This document shows, piece by piece, positions 1 through 8,831 of a stretch of 64,000 nucleotides of DNA. Positions within the stretch are counted from its first letter, which is position 1. Every line of letters starts with the position of its first letter. This DNA is from a virus (lineage: Duplodnaviria; Caudoviricetes): IMG/VR virus record IMGVR_UViG_3300028197_001778, positions 364 through 64,363 of that record. One strand, given 5' to 3'. The notes beneath the pieces were generated by a model. It did not search any database, was not told the origin of the DNA, and saw nothing but the letters and a program-made list of their open reading frames with translations. The translations under genes and the position numbers were made by a program.

Positions 1-201
1 AAACTGTGTATTGAAGTAAATGGAGAGCAGCATTACAAATTTAATTCATTTTTTCATGGCACTAGATTAAACTTCATGAAACATCAAAGAAGAGATAGAG
101 AGAAACGAGATTGGTGTGATTTAAATTCTATTAATGTTATAGAATTTCCATATAACGAGACAGCGGAAGAATGGGGAACAAAATTAAAAAATCATGAGTA
201 A
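1..201 (+). CDS. Partial (5'-truncated) Vsr/DUF559-like PD-(D/E)XK endonuclease
   Basis: Not in the ORF track. Frame 1 is open from base 1 to TAA at 199-201: KLCIEVNGEQHYKFNSFFH...RDREKRDWCDLNSINVIEFPY, which matches the IEvdGxqH...RDxxK...I.IPY pattern. Confidence 0.7.
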   Translation, partial: KLCIEVNGEQHYKFNSFFHGTRLNFMKHQRRDREKRDWCDLNSINVIEFPYNETAEEWGTKLKNHE

Positions 202-685
202 AAATTCTAAAGAGCAAGTAGAATATTGGGACAAAATATTAGACGAATACGAAAACAGCATAGGACTACCTCAATACAATAGAGATGCTTTACCAGAAAA
301 AGAGCTAAATCAATATTTGTCTATGAATAGAGACGAATTGGAAAAATTAGTTCCTCAAGATTGTGGTCAAATAGCATATCGAATTTCTCAATTTGTATTT
401 CATTTGCAGAGAACTATAAATAGAGAGATAGCAAGATATAATTGGGCAGATGAAGAAATTAAAATTACTATAGCTGACGACATCAATAATTACAAAGGTT
501 ACGGATATATAGAAAAATCTTATCAAGCTATTAAACATAATGAAAAAGCATATGCTTTAAATCAAATAAAAAAATATGCTAAACAAAGAAATGATCGTCT
601 TTCTTATATGGCTAATAGTTTAAAAAACCTGTCAGATATTTTAGTGTCAATACAAAGAACAAAATCAAACCCTTCCTTGAGTTAA
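194..685 (+). CDS. Hypothetical alpha-helical protein upstream of the helicase
   Basis: 163 aa ORF overlapping the upstream stop and ending 1 nt before the helicase start; no motif recognised. Confidence 0.6.
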   Translation: MSKNSKEQVEYWDKILDEYENSIGLPQYNRDALPEKELNQYLSMNRDELEKLVPQDCGQIAYRISQFVFHLQRTINREIARYNWADEEIKITIADDINNYKGYGYIEKSYQAIKHNEKAYALNQIKKYAKQRNDRLSYMANSLKNLSDILVSIQRTKSNPSLS

Positions 686-686
686 T

Positions 687-2141
687 ATGTTATCAGATCC
701 AGCCTCAGAAAGAGCAATCCTTGCCGGTATTATAACTTACGGCGAAAATGTTTATTTAGATATTGCAGATATCATTTCTGAAAATAGTTTTACAATAGAC
801 ACCAACAGTATCATATACAAATGTATTAAACAAGTATATGAAACTTCAGAAACAAAAACGATAGACATTCCTTCTATATATTCAGCAGCAAAACAACTAG
901 GTTGTGATTCTATACTTTCTCAGAAATCTACCAGTGAACATCTAAAATCTGTTATAGATTTTCCTGTAGAAAGAGAGAACATTAGAAAATTTGCATCTAC
1001 TCTTAAAAAATTAGAAATAGCAAGAACTTTAAAAAGAAAATTAGAACTTGCTGGTAAAAAGATAGGAGATTTATCTGGAACTGAGAGTATAGGTAAAATA
1101 CTGGCTATAGCTGAAGATACAGTGTTTGATTTTGGCTCCTCTATTGCCGATACAGAAAATCAACCTATGCACATAGGAGAAGAAGTAGAAGAATACCTAG
1201 ATTATTTAATGAATAATCCTATTGATAATGTTGGAATATCAACAGGTTTTCCTATTTATGACCAAGCTATTGGTGGAGGACTAAGAAAAAGTACTGTCAA
1301 TGTAATAGCAGCAAGACCCAAAACTGGTAAAACTTTATTATCAGACAATATGGGTTTTCATATAGCTTCTAAATTACAAATACCAGTTTTAAATCTAGAT
1401 ACAGAAATGACACATGAAGATCATATACATAGAATATTAGCCATGATATCTTCTATTGAAATCAATAAAATAGAAACTGGCAAATTTGCAGATAGCAATA
1501 TGCAAAAACAGAAAGTCCTAGAAGCTGCAAAACTATTAAAAGATTCAAAATATTATTACAAATCTATTGCTGGGAAACCTTTTGATGAGCAACTATCTGT
1601 AATTAAAAGATGGCTAGTTAAAGATGTTGGTCTGAATGCTGATGGTACAGCTAAAGACTGTGTGATTTTTTATGATTATTTGAAACTCATGGATAGTCAA
1701 GGTATGTCTCAAGACATGAAAGAATATCAAGTTTTAGGTTTTATGATGACGTCTTTGCATAACTTAGCTAATAAATATAAAATACCTATAGTCTCATTTA
1801 TACAATTAAACAGAGATGGTATAACAAAAGAATCTACAGACACAGCAAGTGGTTCAGATAGAATTATTTGGCTTTGTAGTAATTTTACAATATTCAAAAG
1901 AAAGTCTGATGAAGAAATTGCAGAAGATGGACCGAACTCTGGTAATAGAAAGCTGATACCCGTTATTAGTCGTCATGGAGGTGGTTTGGACGATAATGAC
2001 TATATTAATTGCAATATGGAGGGTTGGTGTGCGAGAATTACTGAAGGTGATACAAAGTTAGAAATTAAAAATAATACTTCCTCTAATAACGACGGGTTTA
2101 TAATCAATGAGCAGTCTGATGAAACAATCGACTTCGTATAG
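687..2141 (+). CDS. dnaB: Replicative DNA helicase, DnaB family
   Basis: N-terminal SERAILAG; GISTGF; Walker A AARPKTGKT; LDTEM; Walker B FYDYLKL; FIQLNR. Confidence 0.93.
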   Translation: MLSDPASERAILAGIITYGENVYLDIADIISENSFTIDTNSIIYKCIKQVYETSETKTIDIPSIYSAAKQLGCDSILSQKSTSEHLKSVIDFPVERENIRKFASTLKKLEIARTLKRKLELAGKKIGDLSGTESIGKILAIAEDTVFDFGSSIADTENQPMHIGEEVEEYLDYLMNNPIDNVGISTGFPIYDQAIGGGLRKSTVNVIAARPKTGKTLLSDNMGFHIASKLQIPVLNLDTEMTHEDHIHRILAMISSIEINKIETGKFADSNMQKQKVLEAAKLLKDSKYYYKSIAGKPFDEQLSVIKRWLVKDVGLNADGTAKDCVIFYDYLKLMDSQGMSQDMKEYQVLGFMMTSLHNLANKYKIPIVSFIQLNRDGITKESTDTASGSDRIIWLCSNFTIFKRKSDEEIAEDGPNSGNRKLIPVISRHGGGLDDNDYINCNMEGWCARITEGDTKLEIKNNTSSNNDGFIINEQSDETIDFV

Positions 2142-3264
2142 TCAAGATCAGCTTAAAAATTTGTGTGATTTGGTATGTGATGATATTGAAAGACTTTTAC
2201 AGGTTTTAGAAGTTGAAGATTATAGACTCACAGAAAAAATGGTTTTTTGCAAATGTCCTATACATGACGGAGATAATGAATCAGCATTAAACTTATACTA
2301 TACTGGAGAATCATATAGAGGGAATTGGAAATGTAGAACACATGGTTGTGAAGAAACTTTCCGTTCTTCTATTATCGGTTTTGTAAGAGGTGTTTTGTCT
2401 CGTCAAAAATACAACTGGTCTTGCGATAAAGATAAAACAGTTTCTTTTAAAGATGCTGTAGATTTTTTATTAAAGTTTGTCAATAAAGACCTGGACAATA
2501 TTAATATTAATAAAAATGTTGATAATTTTACTAGCGTAGCTAAAAGCTTTAGTAAGAAAAAACAAGAGAATAAACTTAAGCTAAAACCTAGCCAAGTAAG
2601 ATCGTCTTTAAAAATACCAGCATCTTACTATATAAATAGAGGATATTCTGAAAAAATATTAGAGAAATATGATGTCGGCTTGTGTGACAATCCTGACAAA
2701 CCTTTTTATAATAGAGTTGTAGTTCCTGTATATTCTTCTGACGGTAAGTATGTCATTGGTTGTACTGGTAGAAGCATCCACAATAAATGCTCAAAGTGTG
2801 GTTGTTATCATCATCCAAGGAGAGATTGTCCCGCACCAGACAAAAGATGGATATACTCCAAATGGAAACATAATCAAAATTTTAAATCACAGAATAATCT
2901 ATACAATTTTTGGTTTTCTAAGGATCATATAAAGAAAACAAAAACAGTGGTTTTGGTTGAAAGTCCCGGTAATGTTTGGAGGCTTGAAGAAGCAGGGATT
3001 AAAAATAGCGTTGCTATATTTGGTTCTTCAATGAGTAATCATCAAAAATTATTAATAGATTCTTCAGGAGCTATGAATATCGTTGTGTTAACAGATAATG
3101 ATGAAGCAGGAACAAAAGCCTATGAGCAAATTAATGATAAGTGCAAAGATATTTATAGAATGCACAGGCCAAAGTTCGATGCTGATGATATTGGTGAAAT
3201 GTCTATAGAAAACATACAAGAACAAATACTCCCAACTGTAAAGGATATACATGAGCAATATTAA
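2107..3264 (+). CDS. DnaG-like DNA primase (N-terminal Zn finger + TOPRIM)
   Basis: CPIH...WKCRTHGC Zn finger; YYINRGY; RVVVPVY; GCTGRS; TOPRIM VVLVES...LTDNDEAG...DDIGE; adjacent to DnaB. Confidence 0.88.
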   Translation: MSSLMKQSTSYSQDQLKNLCDLVCDDIERLLQVLEVEDYRLTEKMVFCKCPIHDGDNESALNLYYTGESYRGNWKCRTHGCEETFRSSIIGFVRGVLSRQKYNWSCDKDKTVSFKDAVDFLLKFVNKDLDNININKNVDNFTSVAKSFSKKKQENKLKLKPSQVRSSLKIPASYYINRGYSEKILEKYDVGLCDNPDKPFYNRVVVPVYSSDGKYVIGCTGRSIHNKCSKCGCYHHPRRDCPAPDKRWIYSKWKHNQNFKSQNNLYNFWFSKDHIKKTKTVVLVESPGNVWRLEEAGIKNSVAIFGSSMSNHQKLLIDSSGAMNIVVLTDNDEAGTKAYEQINDKCKDIYRMHRPKFDADDIGEMSIENIQEQILPTVKDIHEQY

Positions 3265-3850
3265 GATAATAGCTTTTGCAGGAAGAAAGCAATCTGGAAA
3301 AACAACTTGTTGTGAATTTGTTAAGAATGTATTTGAAACATCAAACCATTCTGGCGATTGTAGGGTCTATAATTTTGCAGACCCATTGAAACAAATGTGC
3401 ATTAATGTTTTTGGACTTGACTATCATCAGTGTTATGGAACCGATGATAATAAAAACGAGTTGGTAAATTGCAAATGGCCAGATAATAAAAACATGACAG
3501 CTAGAGAAGTATTGCAATATGTCGGTACGGATGTTTTTCGAAAAATGCAACATAATGTATGGGCAGACGCTACCGTAAGACTTATAGAAAAAGAAAACCC
3601 TACTTTAGCTTTAATTGCAGATTGTCGATTCCCAAATGAAGTAGAAGCTATAAAAAATGCAGGAGGCATCGTCATAAAACTTAACAGAGACACTTACAAT
3701 TCTACACATGCTAGTGAAGTGTCGCTAGATAAAGACAGGTATGATGAAAGTAATTTCGATCTGGTAGTAGATAATCAATACATTAATCTTAGTCAAAAGA
3801 ACAAAACAATCTTTGACTTTCTAATCACAAAAGAGGTGTTATCATTATAA
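3251..3850 (+). CDS. Deoxynucleoside monophosphate kinase (T4 gp1-like)
   Basis: P-loop AGRKQSGKTT, FADPLK, REVLQYVGT, DCRFPNE. Confidence 0.88.
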   Translation: MSNIKIIAFAGRKQSGKTTCCEFVKNVFETSNHSGDCRVYNFADPLKQMCINVFGLDYHQCYGTDDNKNELVNCKWPDNKNMTAREVLQYVGTDVFRKMQHNVWADATVRLIEKENPTLALIADCRFPNEVEAIKNAGGIVIKLNRDTYNSTHASEVSLDKDRYDESNFDLVVDNQYINLSQKNKTIFDFLITKEVLSL

Positions 3851-4890
3851 TTACATATTTTAGAAGTTCTTCATACAATACTCACGACATGTGTGAGCAA
3901 CAATATCTTTTCGATTATGTATTGGGCTATAAAGGACCTTCTAATAAAAAAGCAGACAAAGGAACGATAGTACATAAAGCATTAGAAATTTTAGCTTTTA
4001 TAAAATATACAGAGCAACAAGGTGAAAACACTTTTGAAGATGATATTATAGGAGAAGTAAATATTCATGATTATGATTTAGACAAAATTATTCTCGATGT
4101 TTATACCTACTACACATCAATGTTTAATCATCACAAATGGACATCTACTGATTATAAAGATTGTCATAAGTGGACATATAAAGCCATAGAATATGGAGAT
4201 GGTTTATTTGATCCTAGAAACAGAAATATTTTATATCCAGAACAAAGATTCGACATTCCTATTAATAAGTCATGGTCAAAATTTAGTTATGATCACAACG
4301 GTGAAAAACTAGAAGGTAATCTATCGCTTAAAGGGACTATTGACTTAATTGTTAGACCTAATGATAATACAGCAGAAATTATTGATTGGAAAACAGGCAG
4401 AAGATTAAATTGGGCAACAGGTGAGGAAAAGACACAAGAAAAATTAGAGCAAGACCCTCAACTTATGCTTTATTACTATGCTGTACAACATTTATATCCA
4501 GAAATAGATAATTGTATTGTTACAATATTTTTTATAAATGATGGTGGGCCTTTCAGTGTAGCATTCGGTAAAAAAGATTTAGCAAAAATGGAAGACTTGT
4601 TGCGTAGGAAATTTGATAAAATTAAAAAGACAAAAATACCAAGATTGAGCAAGAGTTGGAAATGTACAAAATTATGTCATTATGGCAAAACTGATTTTCA
4701 AGATACAGACACTATTACGCCGATGATAGAATATAGAGACGGACAGGTTTGCAAAAAGGGTGATTTTATGACAAAGTGTGAACAAGTCCATCATGATCTT
4801 CAAGTTAAAGGTATGAAGAATGTGGTTGACGAGTATACAGTTCCAGGGTATAATGTTGGTTACTATAAACCTCCTGGGAGTGCAGAATGA
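3844..4890 (+). CDS. RecB/Cas4-like PD-(D/E)XK exonuclease
   Basis: GTIVHKALE, LKGTIDL, IIDWKTG, QLMLY and a C-terminal Cys cluster. First ATG is 3889, but the frame extends upstream as IITYFRSSSYNTHDMC, so a probable ATT start at 3844 is used (see findings). Confidence 0.85.
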   Translation: MIITYFRSSSYNTHDMCEQQYLFDYVLGYKGPSNKKADKGTIVHKALEILAFIKYTEQQGENTFEDDIIGEVNIHDYDLDKIILDVYTYYTSMFNHHKWTSTDYKDCHKWTYKAIEYGDGLFDPRNRNILYPEQRFDIPINKSWSKFSYDHNGEKLEGNLSLKGTIDLIVRPNDNTAEIIDWKTGRRLNWATGEEKTQEKLEQDPQLMLYYYAVQHLYPEIDNCIVTIFFINDGGPFSVAFGKKDLAKMEDLLRRKFDKIKKTKIPRLSKSWKCTKLCHYGKTDFQDTDTITPMIEYRDGQVCKKGDFMTKCEQVHHDLQVKGMKNVVDEYTVPGYNVGYYKPPGSAE

Positions 4891-5498
4891 AAGATATAGA
4901 TGTTTTAATTACTGGTTCTGGTGGTAGTGGTCAAAGCTATTTCATGAAACAACTAGGTAAAAATTTTACCACTAACTGCACAACAGATAATGACAGTCTT
5001 AAACACATGAGTAGTCCCAAACATCCTAAACTTTCTAATTATAATGTGAAGAAATGTATTTTTTTATACAATAAATCTTTTGAATGTATTTGTTCTTTTT
5101 ATAGAAGAAATCCTTCTTGGCCTTGGTTTCAAGTTGTAAAATTAGGGAATTCTGGTAAATTAAGAGCAGGCAACCTTTCTACTCCAGATAGTTTTTTCTC
5201 TCTAGTAGAAGAAAGAAATGCTGATTTGTTTTCTATAGAATATCAATTTGAAAATTGGACAAATGCGAAAACTGATTTTCCTGTTTACTATGTAGATTTT
5301 AATAATATAAACATTGATAATCTTGCTTCTTTTTTAAATTGTGATAAAAAAATTCTCAGTTTCGATGTAAAGAAAAGAAGAGAATATCCAGAACTAAGGG
5401 AGAAATATCCTTTAGCATATTCTCTCTACCAAAATTTAGACTTAAAAAAACAATCCTTAGCTGAAGAAGCAAATAGTAGGCAAGGTATCGCAACATGA
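4887..5498 (+). CDS. Sulfotransferase-like P-loop protein
   Basis: N-terminal ITGSGGSGQSYF resembles the 5'-PAPS-binding loop; FLYNKSFECICSFYRR loosely resembles the 3'-PB helix. Divergent. Confidence 0.45.
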   Translation: MKDIDVLITGSGGSGQSYFMKQLGKNFTTNCTTDNDSLKHMSSPKHPKLSNYNVKKCIFLYNKSFECICSFYRRNPSWPWFQVVKLGNSGKLRAGNLSTPDSFFSLVEERNADLFSIEYQFENWTNAKTDFPVYYVDFNNINIDNLASFLNCDKKILSFDVKKRREYPELREKYPLAYSLYQNLDLKKQSLAEEANSRQGIAT

Positions 5499-6094
5499 CA
5501 TATTCACATTTTTGGACTAGTGTTCCGGGTTGGTTCAATCATGTTCGAACTTTTAATTTAATTTTGGATATGATACCTAATAATTTTGTTTTTGCAGAAA
5601 TAGGAACATTTATGGGAAGAGGTTTGAGTTACTTCACTGTTGAATCTTTACTAAGGATGAAGAGTGGTGAAATCTATGCGATAGACACATTTCAAGGTTC
5701 TGAAGAACATCTTAATAAAAACAGCCCCCATTTCATTCCTGCTTTAAAAGAAGATGTAAATTTTTTACTTAAAGAATATAAAAAACACACATCAGATATA
5801 CGGGAGTATATAACTACAATACAAAATGAATCCACTGTTGCAGCTAAGTCTTTTAGAGATGAATATTTTGATGCCATTTATTTAGATGGTGCTCATGATT
5901 ATAAAAGTGTTCTCGAAGATCTTGAATCTTGGTATCCCAAATTAAAACAGGACAAAATTTTACTATTCGGAGATGATTGGGGTTGGGATACTGTTCGACA
6001 AGCAGTTGAAGACTTCGTAAAAGATAAAGATCAATTGAAAATTTTTATAACAGAACCTAATGAATATCTAATTACAAACTTAGAGTTGAACTAA
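5495..6094 (+). CDS. Class I SAM-dependent methyltransferase (Methyltransf_24-like)
   Basis: AEIGTFMGRG, YAIDTFQGS, FDAIYLDGAHDYKSVLEDL..W..KLK...GDDW. Confidence 0.88.
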   Translation: MTYSHFWTSVPGWFNHVRTFNLILDMIPNNFVFAEIGTFMGRGLSYFTVESLLRMKSGEIYAIDTFQGSEEHLNKNSPHFIPALKEDVNFLLKEYKKHTSDIREYITTIQNESTVAAKSFRDEYFDAIYLDGAHDYKSVLEDLESWYPKLKQDKILLFGDDWGWDTVRQAVEDFVKDKDQLKIFITEPNEYLITNLELN

Positions 6095-7962
6095 TGAAAA
6101 AATATATACCTTTACATGTACATAGTCACTATTCTCTATTGGATGGACTAAGCAGGCCAAAACAAATTGCACAAAGATGTGTCGATATCGGTGTTAAAAG
6201 CTGTGCTATTACAGATCATGGAAATATAGCTGGAGCAGCTCAAGTTCATGCAGCATTAAAATCTAAAGGTATTAAGCCTATCTTGGGCTGTGAATTATAT
6301 ATCTGTGATCAACACGCATCAATGAAAGATAAGAGTAATGGTAAGCTTAGTCATTTTATAGTTTTGGCTAAAAACTTACAGGGTTGGAATACATTAGTAA
6401 AAATAATTTCTGAATCTAATAAGCCAGAACATTTTTATAGAAAACCAAGATTAAGCATAGATCAGCTTGCGGAAATTGTTGATGAAAATATCATAGGGTT
6501 CTGTGGACATTTAGGTTCGTACTTAGCTAATAAAATCTTATCTAATGATGAAATTGTTGACAATTGGAAATCCATAGCTACTACTGAAGTTAAGAAACTG
6601 AAAAAAATATTTGGAGATAATTTTTTTCTTGAAACTCAACTCATGGACAAAGAGCTTAATCCTGCTCAAATCTCTTTAGCAGAATGCATTCGAGAGCTTT
6701 CTAAGGATTTAGGAGTTCGAGCAATCTGCACTCCTGACGCTCACTATGCAAATCAAAAAGACGCTATAGATCAAAGAATACTTTTGTGTAATAATTTAAA
6801 AACTACACTTCCAGAGATTAATAGAAAATTATCTAATGAAGAAGATGTTCCAATGTCTACATTTTTTATTAGCGATAAATATTATATACTATCTCCAGAA
6901 GAAATGCAGGAGCTTCACACCGAGGAAGAAATAGAAAACACTAACTATGTCGATAGTCTTTGTGAAAGCTATGACATTAATCATGAACCTAGATTACCTC
7001 CATTTCAAACGGAAACATCTCCGGATGAATATTTAAGACAACTATGTAGAGAGGGCTGGAAAAGAAAAATAGGTACTAAAGTAGAAAAATCGTTACACGA
7101 AAAGTACGCGGATAGAATCAAGTATGAGCTATCTATTTTACAATCTGCTGGTCTTTCTAGCTATTTTTTAATAGTGTCCGATATAGTCAAATATGTGAAG
7201 TCTCAGGGGTGGTTAGCAGGTCCTGGTCGTGGTAGTGCTGCAGGATGTCTGGTCTCATATCTCATAGACATAACATCTATTGATCCAATTAAACATGATC
7301 TAATATTTGAGCGTTTTTATAATGCTGGTAGAAATACAAAAGGTAGAGTTTCTATGCCTGATATAGATATGGATGTTCCGATTAATCAGAGAGAGCAGGT
7401 TATAGAATATATAAAAGATAAGTATGGTTCTGACAATGTTTCTCAAATGATTACATTTAATACTTTAAAGGGTAGAGGAGCATTAAAGGATGTGTTAAGA
7501 GTATATGGAGATGTGACTTTTGATGAGATGAATCAAATAACAAAAAATATTCCTGATGAAGCAAAAATAGCAGATGAATTAGAACAAATGAAAGATGAGT
7601 ATGGAGATGCTTCTATTATACGTTGGGCATTAGAAAACAGAGTTGACAACCTGAAGAATTGGTGTTATATTGATAAGGAGGGAAACCTCTCAGGTCCGTT
7701 CGCTAAAAGATTTGAACAGGCCATGCGTTTAGAAGGAACAAAGGTTAATCAATCTAAACATGCTGCTGGTGTTGTCATTACAGATAAAAAATTAGAGACT
7801 ATTTGTCCAATGATTTTTGACACAAAAACAAAGCAACCAATTGCTGGTATGGAGATGAATGACTTAGAATATTTGGGTATTATTAAATTTGACGTTCTAG
7901 GTATAGCTATGTTAGACAAGGTAATGAATATTAGTAATACTTTAAGATATGGAGAACTATAA
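6094..7962 (+). CDS. dnaE: DNA polymerase III alpha, N-terminal part (PHP + palm/thumb)
   Basis: LHVHSHYSLLDG, ITDHG, LGCE, PDAHY, GPGRGSAAG, FERF, MPDIDMD, HAAGVVI; ends shortly after IKFDVLG. Confidence 0.93.
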   Translation: MKKYIPLHVHSHYSLLDGLSRPKQIAQRCVDIGVKSCAITDHGNIAGAAQVHAALKSKGIKPILGCELYICDQHASMKDKSNGKLSHFIVLAKNLQGWNTLVKIISESNKPEHFYRKPRLSIDQLAEIVDENIIGFCGHLGSYLANKILSNDEIVDNWKSIATTEVKKLKKIFGDNFFLETQLMDKELNPAQISLAECIRELSKDLGVRAICTPDAHYANQKDAIDQRILLCNNLKTTLPEINRKLSNEEDVPMSTFFISDKYYILSPEEMQELHTEEEIENTNYVDSLCESYDINHEPRLPPFQTETSPDEYLRQLCREGWKRKIGTKVEKSLHEKYADRIKYELSILQSAGLSSYFLIVSDIVKYVKSQGWLAGPGRGSAAGCLVSYLIDITSIDPIKHDLIFERFYNAGRNTKGRVSMPDIDMDVPINQREQVIEYIKDKYGSDNVSQMITFNTLKGRGALKDVLRVYGDVTFDEMNQITKNIPDEAKIADELEQMKDEYGDASIIRWALENRVDNLKNWCYIDKEGNLSGPFAKRFEQAMRLEGTKVNQSKHAAGVVITDKKLETICPMIFDTKTKQPIAGMEMNDLEYLGIIKFDVLGIAMLDKVMNISNTLRYGEL

Positions 7963-7963
7963 A

Positions 7964-8149
7964 ATGAGTAATTTATTTTCTGATTTAAAAGAAGGTGATA
8001 AATTTCAAATTCCTGGTAAAGAAATAGTATATGAAAAAACAAAAGCTGTTAAAATCAGTTGTTGTAAATCACAGAATGCTAGACAATTGAATGATACTAC
8101 TAAAAAAACTTTTTTTCAACCAGGAACGATTGTAGAGAAAAATGGCTAA
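7964..8149 (+). CDS. Small hypothetical protein (61 aa) between the DnaE halves
   Basis: ATG at 7964 follows GGAG (7951-7954); overlaps the next gene; beta-rich, FSDLKEGDKF, CC pair. Confidence 0.6.
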   Translation: MSNLFSDLKEGDKFQIPGKEIVYEKTKAVKISCCKSQNARQLNDTTKKTFFQPGTIVEKNG

Positions 8150-8831
8150 TAAACAAAAAATTTGTGTTTTTGACTTAGAAACAGATGGCGTTGATCCTGA
8201 AAAATGTGATCCTGTACAAATTGCTGCTCTTATGATTGATCCTGTAAGTTTGGAAATCATACCAGATTCCGAATTTAATATTAATTGTAAGCCAGCTAAA
8301 TTAGAAAAAGATAAAGACTATTGCTACGAAGATAGTGATGTTTTAGAATTCCATGCAAAAGTAACTGGAAGTTCTAAAGAAAAAGTCTTAGCAAGCTGGA
8401 GAGACTATCCCAAACAGTCTGCAAGTTGGAAAATGTTTATAAGTTATCTAGATAAGTATCATACTAGATCTTCTAGAAAAAATCAATTTTCAGCACCTAT
8501 TGCGGCAGGATACAATATCAATAGGTTTGATTTAAGGATTTTGCAAAGACTTAGCACAAAATATAAAAATGTTAATAAAGAAGGTAATATGAATATTTTT
8601 TATCCCAGAGATGTGGTAGATATTATGAATATCCTTTTTTATTGGTTTGAGTCAAATAATGAATTAGAGAAATACACATTAGATCATTTTAGAGACTATG
8701 TGGGTATCTCCAAAGAAGGTGCTCATGATGCACTAAAAGATGTTCAAGACTCTGCTCAAATTTTGATTAGATTTTTAAAATTACATAGGTCACTCTCTGA
8801 GAAAATTAAATTTAGAAATTCATTTACATGA
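8142..8831 (+). CDS. DEDDh 3'-5' exonuclease (DnaQ/epsilon-like)
   Basis: ExoI VFDLETDG, ExoII GYNINRFD, ExoIII HDALKD. Confidence 0.9.
   Translation: MANKQKICVFDLETDGVDPEKCDPVQIAALMIDPVSLEIIPDSEFNINCKPAKLEKDKDYCYEDSDVLEFHAKVTGSSKEKVLASWRDYPKQSASWKMFISYLDKYHTRSSRKNQFSAPIAAGYNINRFDLRILQRLSTKYKNVNKEGNMNIFYPRDVVDIMNILFYWFESNNELEKYTLDHFRDYVGISKEGAHDALKDVQDSAQILIRFLKLHRSLSEKIKFRNSFT

Noticed and set aside
3844-4890. Cas4-like nuclease as evidence of a CRISPR-Cas system
   Set aside because: Solo RecB/Cas4-like nucleases are common in phage replication modules; no cas1/cas2 or array was seen.
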